Positions 17,179 to 23,865 of a DNA stretch of 24,487 bases are shown here, piece by piece; the first letter of the stretch is position 1, and every line of letters starts with the position of its first letter. The translations under genes and the position numbers were made by a program. This stretch comes from Deferrisomatales bacterium (GTDB taxonomy: Bacteria > Desulfobacterota > Deferrisomatia > Deferrisomatales > JACRMM01). The DNA is taken from assembly GCA_033551855.1 (NCBI GenBank), contig JAWSUI010000055.1:1-24487 (forward strand), in the 5' to 3' direction. The notes beneath the pieces are model-generated. The model did no database searches. It was given only the letters and a program-made list of their open reading frames with translations, and was not told where the DNA came from.

Positions 17179-18248
17179 GCGATCTTCTCGAGCTCCCGGG
17201 TCTGGCGGGCGGCGAGGAACTGGGAGATCTCCCCCAGCCGCTCGTCCAGGTGGGGCCGCAGGAGCTGGAAGAGCTCGAGCAGCAGGAGCTCCCGGTGCTT
17301 GCTGCTCGCGAGTTGCCCGTCGAGCTGGCTCACGGTGGCCTGCAGGGTGCGGACCTGCTCCTCCAGGGTGCCCAGCCGGCCGGCCAGGCCGTTGCTGCTG
17401 CGAAGGGTCGCCCCCTCGGCCCCCTGCTCGTCGAGGAGCATCCCCCCGAGCTGCCGCGACGCCGCGACCTGTTCGACCACCTCCCGGCCGATGGTGCGCA
17501 GGTCCTCGCCGAACCCGTGGACGAGGGCGGTGTCGCACAGGATGTTGATGAGCCGCGGGATCCCGAAGGAGTGCCGGTAGACGGCCTGCACGCCCTCGGG
17601 GGTGAAGAGCTCGGGGTTGCGGCCCCCGGCCACGGCCAGGCGGTGCCGGATGTACCCGGCGGTCTGCTCCTCGGTGAGTCCGTCCAGGTGGTAGTGGACG
17701 GTGACCCGCTGGGTGAACTGCCGCAGGCGCCGTTCCTGGAGCTTTCGGCGGAGCTCGGGCTGGCCCACCAGGATGATCTGGAGGAGGCGGTCCCGCTCCC
17801 CCTCCACGTTGGAGAGCATCCGGATCTCCTCCAGGGTGCTCACGGGCAGGTTCTGGGCCTCGTCGATGATGAGCACCACGCGGTTGCGGCGGCGGTAGCT
17901 CTCCAGGAGGAAGGCGTTGAAGGCGGTCAGGAGGTCGGGCTTGTCGAGGCCGTCCACCTGGAGCTCGAACTCCTGGCAGATCATCTTGAGGAACTGGGCG
18001 GGCGGGACGGAGGTATTGTAGATGACCCCCACGTGGATGCGGTTGTGGATCTTCTTGAGCAGGTGGTTGATGAGGGTGGTCTTCCCCGACCCCACCTCCC
18101 CGGTGATGACCACGAACCCCTTGTTCTCGACGATGGCGTACTGGAGGTGGGTAAAACAGTCCTTGTGCCCCGGGCTCATATAGAGGTAGGCGGGGTCCGG
18201 GTTCAGATCGAAGGGTTTGTGCGAAAAACCATAGAATGTTTCGTACAT
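17133..18248 (-). CDS. ExeA-like AAA ATPase (type associated with PEP-CTERM/XrtA EPS loci)
   Basis: 371 aa; MYETFYGF..KPF start, Walker A GEVGSGKTT, Walker B LIIDEAQNL, LVGQPEL, GIPRLINILCD, C-terminal coiled coil. Confidence 0.88.
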   Translation of the reverse strand: MYETFYGFSHKPFDLNPDPAYLYMSPGHKDCFTHLQYAIVENKGFVVITGEVGSGKTTLINHLLKKIHNRIHVGVIYNTSVPPAQFLKMICQEFELQVDGLDKPDLLTAFNAFLLESYRRRNRVVLIIDEAQNLPVSTLEEIRMLSNVEGERDRLLQIILVGQPELRRKLQERRLRQFTQRVTVHYHLDGLTEEQTAGYIRHRLAVAGGRNPELFTPEGVQAVYRHSFGIPRLINILCDTALVHGFGEDLRTIGREVVEQVAASRQLGGMLLDEQGAEGATLRSSNGLAGRLGTLEEQVRTLQATVSQLDGQLASSKHRELLLLELFQLLRPHLDERLGEISQFLAARQTRELEKIAASGKLAAGSGRREG

Positions 18249-18293
18249 GTATGATCTGCCTATCTACGGTCTGCCGTCTTCTGTCTTCTGCCC

Positions 18294-18408
18294 ATCGCTA
18301 GCAATATCGGGATCGATATCGGGATCGTCGTCGGGGTCGATGTTCGGGTTCGAGCCCCGGCCGGCCGCGATCTTCAACACCGATAGCGATACCGATAGCG
18401 ATGTCGAC
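18294..18408. repeat. Inverted pair of hexamer arrays
   Basis: ATCGCT AGCAAT ATCGGG ATCGAT ATCGGG ATCGTC GTCGGG GTCGAT ... ACCGAT AGCGAT ACCGAT AGCGAT GTCGAC. Confidence 0.7.
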
Positions 18409-18420
18409 CGACCGGGCCGT

Positions 18421-18558
18421 CCCCCCCGGGGTTCGACCCCCCACCTAGAACATCGAACCTCGAACAGCCCTTCCGCCCTCCGCCCCCCCGGGGTTCGACC
18501 CCCCACCTCGAACATCGAACCTAGAACATCGAACCTCGAACAGCCCTTCCGCCCTCCG
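18421..18558. repeat. Tandem duplication (62 bp + 76 bp) containing GGGGTTCGACCCC mini-palindromes and CTCGAAC/ATCGAAC/CTAGAAC heptamers
   Basis: 18421-18482 and 18483-18558 match apart from two additional heptamers (14 nt) in the second copy. Confidence 0.9.
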
Positions 18559-18561
18559 CCC

Positions 18562-19389
18562 TCACTCCCCCCCCGGCGCCTTGTTGTACACCATCCCCAT
18601 GAACGGCTTCCCCTCCAGGAGCTTGATGGAGCGCTGGATGTCGGCCTTCGGCGTCCGCTCGGCCTCGACGACGAGGAGGATGCCGTCGATGTAGCGCGTG
18701 AAGACCAGGGGGTCGGCGGTCACGAGGAGCGCCGACGCGTCGAAGATGATGAAGCGCTCCGGGTACCGGTCCTTGAGCTCGGAGACCAGGGCCTCCATCC
18801 GGGGCGAGCCCAGGAGCTCTGTCGAGTTGGGGACCCGTGTCCCGGCCGGGAGCAGGGTGAGGCGCTCCACGCCGGGGTTGAACAGCACGTCCGGGATCTC
18901 GGCCTGCTGGAGCAGGTAGTCGGAGAGCCCCAGGCAGGAGTCCACGCCCATCAGCCGGTGGATCGAGGGCTTGCGCAGGTCCGCGTCCACCAGGAGCACG
19001 GTCCGGTTCACCACCTGGGCGAAGCTGACCGCCAGGTTGACTGCGGTGAAGGTCTTGCCCTCGCCGGGGATGGAGCTGGTGATCAGGAGGCTCCGGCCGC
19101 CGACGTCCTGCATCTTCTGCTCGATCTGGGTGCGCAGGATCTTCACCTGGGCCGGGATCTGCCCGTCGTGGGCCAAGCAGGCGATCTTGTTGCGGATCAG
19201 GACCTCCGGGTCCACCTTCTCGACCCGGGTCCGGGTGTAGACCGGGTTGATCGCCTCCCGAAGCTCCCGGAGCGGGCCGGCCCGCTTTCCCACGGACAAG
19301 ACCGGCTCGCGGCCCGCCGGGAAGAAGGCGTCGTCGCCGGCGCCCGGGGAGTCGAACGCCTTGTCGAGGGCCTTTCGGATCTTGCTCAT
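18562..19389 (-). CDS. CpsD/CapB-family BY-kinase-like P-loop protein
   Basis: 275 aa from MSKIRKAL; Walker A ITSSIPGEGKT, A' LLVDADLRKP, B IIFDASA; ATGA overlap with upstream stop. Confidence 0.88.
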   Translation of the reverse strand: MSKIRKALDKAFDSPGAGDDAFFPAGREPVLSVGKRAGPLRELREAINPVYTRTRVEKVDPEVLIRNKIACLAHDGQIPAQVKILRTQIEQKMQDVGGRSLLITSSIPGEGKTFTAVNLAVSFAQVVNRTVLLVDADLRKPSIHRLMGVDSCLGLSDYLLQQAEIPDVLFNPGVERLTLLPAGTRVPNSTELLGSPRMEALVSELKDRYPERFIIFDASALLVTADPLVFTRYIDGILLVVEAERTPKADIQRSIKLLEGKPFMGMVYNKAPGGE

Positions 19390-21212
19390 GGCTTGGCGGT
19401 CTCCGGCTCCGCGTCCTGCGCGGGCTCGACGTCGAGGGGCAAGTGCTTGGCGAGCTCGGACTGGATGGCGGGCAGCCAGACGTCCTGGACGAGGGTGTCC
19501 AGCGGCATGACGCTGCGGTGGACCACGGTGAGGCCCACCCCGCACAGCCCCGCGACCCCCACGGCCCACCCTGCGCGCCGGAGCCGCCGGCGCCGGCGTT
19601 CCTCGGCGGTGCGGATCAGGGGGAGGACCGAGAGGACCGGGGCCTGGGTGAGGTCGCCGAGCTCGTCGACGACCTTCACCGAGCGGTCCAGGCTCTCCCG
19701 GGCGGCGGCAGCCCCCACGCCTGCGCCCAGACCCAGGGTGAGCCCCAGGAGGACGATGGCCAGACGGTTGGGCTTGTAGGGGTTCTGGGGAACCGAGGGC
19801 GCGTCGGCCAGGGTGAACCGCTCGCCGTGCTCGCTCTGCTCCAGCCCCTGCGCGGTCCGCGCCTCCATCAGCTTGGCCGAGATCTCGTCGTAGCGCCGTC
19901 GGGCGTTTTGGTGGTCGCGGGTGAGGGCGCTGTACTCCTGTTCGACCAGGGGGGCCTGGCGGATACGCTCCTCGTAGTCTGCGAGATCCCTCTGGGTCTT
20001 CCGGATCAGCTCCCGCAGCCCGGAGATCTCCAGGTCTACAGAGGCAATCTGGGTCTGGAGGTCAAGGTACACCGGGTTGTCCGGCTCCTCCACCGGGCGT
20101 GCGGCGTCGGTTTCCGCCGCCGTCAGGCCCTCTTGCTCCGCCGCGATCTCGGCGCTGAGGCTCCGGATCTCCCGTGTGAGGCGCTGGATGTCCGGGTGTC
20201 TCTGGCCGTACCGGCCCTGGAGGCCTGCCAGGGTGGCGCGAAGCTGGGCCAGGTGCTCGATCTTGGACTCGATCCGGTCCCGCTCCGCCACCTGGGTCTC
20301 GAGCTCCGCGATGACCCGACGGACCCGGACCATGTCGGGGTGGGCGTCGGAGAAGCTCGCCTGGAGGGTCGCCAGGTGGAGGCGCTGCTCCCGGAGGCGG
20401 TCCACCAACTGCTTTTCGGTGTCCTCGATGGCGACCACCGGGAGGTAGGGCTCCACCCCGGCCAGCCGGGCCCGGAGCAGGAGCCTGCGGTCCTCGAGCG
20501 TCTGGATGCGCATCTGGTAGCCGTCCAGGTCCCGGCCGAGGCGCTGAGCCACGTCGATGTTGAATCGGGTATTCTCCGGCAGGATGCCCAGGTTCTCCTT
20601 CTTGAATTGGCTGATCCTTCTCTCCAGTTCCTCGATCTGCCGTTGGATCTCCTGCTGCTGCTGCTCGAAGAAGGCGGTGGTGCCGGAGGCCTCCTCGGCT
20701 CGGGTCCGAAGATTCTCCGCAAGGTAGTAGTCGGCCAGGACGCTCGCCACCTTCTGGACCGTCTCGGGGTCCTTCCCCTCGTAGGAGATGGTGAACGCCA
20801 CGGTGGCTTCGCTGGTTCGGCCGATCCGCTGGTCCTTCACGTCGGCGCTGATGGTCTCGAGCTGGATGGCTTTGCGCATCCTCTGGCGGATCTCGTCCCC
20901 CGTGTACCGACCCCTCATCTCGGGGTAGAGCCCGAATTGCTCGATCAGGGCCTCGAGGTTCTGGCGGCTCAGGACCCGCTGTGTGATCACGTGGAGGCGC
21001 TCCTCCACGTAACTGGTGACCGTGGTCGTGATGTAGCTTCGGGGGATCTGCTGTCCTTCGATGAGGATCGTCGCCTTCGACTGGTAGATCGAGGGCAGGG
21101 CCACGGCGGCGACCGCCGCCGCCGCAAAGATCGGCACGAAGCACACCCAGAAGATCCTTTTTCTCCTACGAATGAGCCCCTTTACGCTGACGGTCGTGTG
21201 TGTCTCGTTCAT
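19386..21212 (-). CDS. Polysaccharide co-polymerase / chain-length determinant (GumC/Wzc membrane part)
   Basis: 608 aa from MNETHTT; TM1 then LPSIYQSKATILIE, long coiled coil with HPD motifs, PxxPxKPNR before TM2, third hydrophobic helix near the C-terminus; GGGAG RBS. Confidence 0.88.
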   Translation of the reverse strand: MNETHTTVSVKGLIRRRKRIFWVCFVPIFAAAAVAAVALPSIYQSKATILIEGQQIPRSYITTTVTSYVEERLHVITQRVLSRQNLEALIEQFGLYPEMRGRYTGDEIRQRMRKAIQLETISADVKDQRIGRTSEATVAFTISYEGKDPETVQKVASVLADYYLAENLRTRAEEASGTTAFFEQQQQEIQRQIEELERRISQFKKENLGILPENTRFNIDVAQRLGRDLDGYQMRIQTLEDRRLLLRARLAGVEPYLPVVAIEDTEKQLVDRLREQRLHLATLQASFSDAHPDMVRVRRVIAELETQVAERDRIESKIEHLAQLRATLAGLQGRYGQRHPDIQRLTREIRSLSAEIAAEQEGLTAAETDAARPVEEPDNPVYLDLQTQIASVDLEISGLRELIRKTQRDLADYEERIRQAPLVEQEYSALTRDHQNARRRYDEISAKLMEARTAQGLEQSEHGERFTLADAPSVPQNPYKPNRLAIVLLGLTLGLGAGVGAAAARESLDRSVKVVDELGDLTQAPVLSVLPLIRTAEERRRRRLRRAGWAVGVAGLCGVGLTVVHRSVMPLDTLVQDVWLPAIQSELAKHLPLDVEPAQDAEPETAKP

Positions 21213-21238
21213 GCGGTGCTCCCTGGGATACCTTGTCG

Positions 21239-22543
21239 TCACCAGTTCCAGCTCGAGAAATCGATCTTGAGCTGGACCCAGGTCTGATTGCGGACCGACA
21301 CCGGGTCCGGGGACTTCGTGTCGTCGCGGTCGTGGGTGTACCGGTGGGCCGCCTCGAGGGTGATGCTCTCGGTGATGAGGTAGGCCACGGAAGGGGAGAG
21401 GTCCACGTACCGGCTCCGGTCGCTCTCGGGGCCCCCGATGGAGCGCGCGAAGGTGAGCCGGCCGGCGGCCCCGGCCGAGAGGCGGGGGGTGATCCGGCGC
21501 TGGAAGGTGGCAAGGATGATGTCGGATTCGACCGTCTCTCCCAGGGACGTCACCCGGCTTCCCCGCCGGTAGCCCAGGGTGCTCCGGGTGCGCTCCCGGG
21601 TCCAGCGGGCCAGGACGTTTGCGGTGAACCCCCAGGTCGTCACCCGGCGGCTGTCCGGGACGAAGACGACCTGGAAGCCGGTGTCGGCGGTGGGGTCCGA
21701 GACCTGGCGGACGAGGAACTCCCGCTCTGAGATGGTGTAGCGGCCGCCCGCGGAGCCCTCGAAGGCGAAGGTCTCGCGCAGGGGCATCCGCCACCCGACC
21801 GCCAGGCCGTAGTCGTCGGTACGGTTGTCGGCCGTCTCCCAGTGGGTGTACCTGGGCCGCACCAGGAGGGTGGCTCGGGTCTGGGTCAGCACCCGCTCGT
21901 AGGATGCGGTCACGGTGTCCGAGTCCCGGTCCTGGTGGTCGGCCGCCTCGTACCGGGTGCCCGTGTGCCGGTAGGACAGCCCGAACTGGGACCGTTCCGA
22001 GACGGCATAGTCGGCGCCGGCGCCCGCCAGGAGCCACTCCCGGTCGGTTCGCACGGCGAGCCGGCCCGTCTCCTCCAGCTCGTCGTCCAGGGCGCTGTCG
22101 CGCCGGTACTCCCCCTCCCCGGACAGGGCCCACCGCTGGCTCACCTGGCTGCGCCCCGTGAGGACGTACCGGTGGTGGAGGGTGTCGAGCTCGGGCGCGG
22201 CGGCGTAGCGGATGACGTCGAACATGCCCGTGAAGCGCGCCTGGGACCGCGGCGTGGTCGCGGAGAACCCGAGCCTGGGGCTGATGACCGTGATCACGTC
22301 GTCGGTCTCGGCGGTGTTGGTGAAGAGGATGTTGTCGTCGTACATCGTCCGCACGTGCAGCTCGGGCTCCCACTTGGTGTCGGCAGCCTGCGCCGGCGCG
22401 CAAGGAAAGGCCAGGGCGAGGGCGAGGAGCGCGGCCAGCGCCATCGGCGCCCTGGAGACTATCTTGGTTCTGTTCGGGATCGTGTGGGGTCCCGTCTCCA
22501 GCGCCTCCGTAAACCACTCGAAAGAGCTCCGACGGCTCCCCAT
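21239..22543 (-). CDS. Outer-membrane beta-barrel protein of EPS export loci
   Basis: Signal-like ALAALLALALAFPCAPAQA, YDDNI motif, alternating beta-strand pattern, C-terminal Trp; start uncertain (ATG at 22444, 22543 or 22729). Confidence 0.75.
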   Translation of the reverse strand: MGSRRSSFEWFTEALETGPHTIPNRTKIVSRAPMALAALLALALAFPCAPAQAADTKWEPELHVRTMYDDNILFTNTAETDDVITVISPRLGFSATTPRSQARFTGMFDVIRYAAAPELDTLHHRYVLTGRSQVSQRWALSGEGEYRRDSALDDELEETGRLAVRTDREWLLAGAGADYAVSERSQFGLSYRHTGTRYEAADHQDRDSDTVTASYERVLTQTRATLLVRPRYTHWETADNRTDDYGLAVGWRMPLRETFAFEGSAGGRYTISEREFLVRQVSDPTADTGFQVVFVPDSRRVTTWGFTANVLARWTRERTRSTLGYRRGSRVTSLGETVESDIILATFQRRITPRLSAGAAGRLTFARSIGGPESDRSRYVDLSPSVAYLITESITLEAAHRYTHDRDDTKSPDPVSVRNQTWVQLKIDFSSWNW

Positions 22544-22601
22544 GCCTCTTTCCCTTTCCCGGGGCATGAGCTCCGACGGTTGCCTCCCCTTGGGAACTAC
22601 A

Positions 22602-22641
22602 CCCCATCCCCCTCCCAGCCTCCCCCTTGAAGGGGGAGGAG
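22602..22641. repeat. REP-like palindrome
   Basis: CCCCATCCCCCTCCCAG followed by CCTCCCCCTT-G-AAGGGGGAGG, a perfect 10-bp inverted repeat at 22619-22639. Confidence 0.75.
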
Positions 22642-22725
22642 CAAGGGGGGGCAGGTGTCGGCCACAGCCGTCCGCCCACGCAGATCGGACCAGAGCCACG
22701 ATCTTTGCCGAAGGCGCACGCGGAG

Positions 22726-23295
22726 TCATGGGACCACCACCACGTCGCCCCGTTCCAACGCCAGATCCGGCTGCTGGGCGCCCCCCCGCCTCATCTGATC
22801 GTAGTTGAACGGGATCCGGGTCTCGACCCCGTCCACCCGGCGAAGGATAAAGATCTTGCCGGGGGCGGCGAAAGCATTGAGCCCGCCGGCCATGGAGAGG
22901 AGTTGGGTCACCGTGGTTTCCATGGTGATGGGGAACTGGCCGGGCTTCTCCACCTTGCCGATCACGTAGGCCCTCATGCTGTTCGCGCGCAGGAGGAGGA
23001 CCGTGACCGGCGTATCCGGCACGTAGGCGGCGAGCCGCTCGGTGAAGACCTCCTGCAGGTCCCCGATGGTCAGCCCCCGGGTGTCGATGGTGCCGAGGAG
23101 GGGGTACGAGATGAGCCCGTCGGGGGAGATTACCACGTCGCGCGTGAGGGTTTCGTCGCGCCAGACGGAGATCTCGATCTCGTCGCCGGGACCCAGGATG
23201 TAGGGGATGTCCTGGGCCGAGGCGGTGGTGCCGGTCAACGGCCACAGCCCCAGCCACAGCCCCAAAACGATCAGCAGCCGGATTCCCTGGACCAT
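22726..23295 (-). CDS. wza: Short OPX / Wza-family polysaccharide export protein (Poly_export + SLBB)
   Basis: 189 aa; YILGPGDEIEISVW, PDGLISYPLLG, VIGKVEKPG, LERGDVVVVP; AGGAG RBS; signal peptide with no Cys. Confidence 0.9.
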   Translation of the reverse strand: MVQGIRLLIVLGLWLGLWPLTGTTASAQDIPYILGPGDEIEISVWRDETLTRDVVISPDGLISYPLLGTIDTRGLTIGDLQEVFTERLAAYVPDTPVTVLLLRANSMRAYVIGKVEKPGQFPITMETTVTQLLSMAGGLNAFAAPGKIFILRRVDGVETRIPFNYDQMRRGGAQQPDLALERGDVVVVP

Positions 23296-23376
23296 CGGTG
23301 CGCTCCTGGTGACGAATACGGGGGGATCGCCCCCTCCAGCGAAAGACTCTCAGCGTTCCAGGGGACAAGATCGCAA

Positions 23377-23392
23377 TGCAACTTCTGGGCCG
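23377..23392 (-). promoter_or_regulatory. Sigma-54 -24/-12 promoter for the export operon
   Basis: Minus strand CGGCCCAGAAGTTGCA = GG-N10-GC with TTGCA, about 80 bp upstream of wza. Confidence 0.6.
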
Positions 23393-23405
23393 TATCCCGA
23401 AACCA

Positions 23406-23500
23406 GCGCCGGGGGAGGCCAAGAATTCCTCCGCGTCTCAGCGGCGCTGCACGAGATCGTTCTTGCCCTTGATTGACCCACTGAGTTTCCGGAAGGGGCC
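23406..23500 (-). repeat. Dispersed intergenic repeat, copy 3 (inverted, 3'-truncated)
   Basis: Reverse complement reads GGCCCCTTCCGGAAACTCAGTGGGTCAATCAAGGGCAAGAACGATCTCGTGCAGCGCCGCTGAGACGCGGAGGAATTCTT...CCCGGCGC. Confidence 0.9.
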
Positions 23501-23563
23501 ATCCAAGACCTTGGGTGCTGCCGCGAAAAATGGGTAGTAAAAGTGTCCTTCGGTCACCCTGCA

Positions 23564-23587
23564 TGGCAAAAGTTTTCCCATTTTGGG
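23564..23587. promoter_or_regulatory. Putative enhancer-binding-protein site, copy D (between divergent promoters)
   Basis: TGGCAAAAGTTTTCCCA-ttt-TGGG. Confidence 0.55.
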
Positions 23588-23722
23588 AGGTGGCCGACGC
23601 CGGCCGCCGCGCCGGGGTCCGTGGCCCCCTCCCTCCCTTCCGCCTTCCTGTGTCCACGGCGGAGCAGGGGGGAGGTGTCTCGGGTTCCCTCCGGAGCGCC
23701 GTCGGCCGACCTCGGTCCCCTC

Positions 23723-23738
23723 CGGCACGAAACGTGCT
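23723..23738 (+). promoter_or_regulatory. Sigma-54 -24/-12 promoter for the PKD/Ig surface protein
   Basis: CGGCACGAAACGTGCT = GG-N10-GC with GGCACG. Confidence 0.6.
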
Positions 23739-23865
23739 TATTTCCCCAGGGGCCTCCGAGCCGTGCCGCGGCTTGGAGACGAGCTTACCGAAAGTGCGCT
23801 TTCACGGCTACAGGGTAGAGGGGTAAGCTCGGGTTCCGGGGGGTACGATGACAAAGGATTGGACC

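Noticed and set aside
17047..17538. ORFs with TLEAG or DPDIDPD/IEPRTSN repeats (17047-17538, 18264-18515)
   Set aside because: These peptides are translations of the heptamer and hexamer DNA arrays
18421..18558. GGGGTTCGACCCC resembling a tRNA T-arm or att site; tandem copies resembling CRISPR
   Set aside because: No acceptor, D or anticodon arms and no integrase; the copies are contiguous with no unique spacers and no cas genes
3029..22630. Long alternative-frame and antisense ORFs (e.g. 3029-5560, 4618-6198, 5680-7248, 9590-12070, 18247-19779, 19443-21287)
   Set aside because: Arg/Pro/Gly-rich shadow frames of well-supported genes in high-GC DNA with no recognisable motifs
19386..22679. 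1097-aa ORF suggesting a giant Wzc fusion (likewise the extended starts at 9858, 19569 and 23422)
   Set aside because: The extensions overlap neighbouring real genes in another frame; family-typical N-termini, RBSs or coupled starts lie at 21212, 9507, 19389 and 22729 or below
23565..23580. Minus-strand TGGGAAAACTTTTGCC as the wza sigma-54 promoter
   Set aside because: Spacing fits, but it coincides with the shared enhancer box and a better-placed site exists at 23377-23392; not fully excluded
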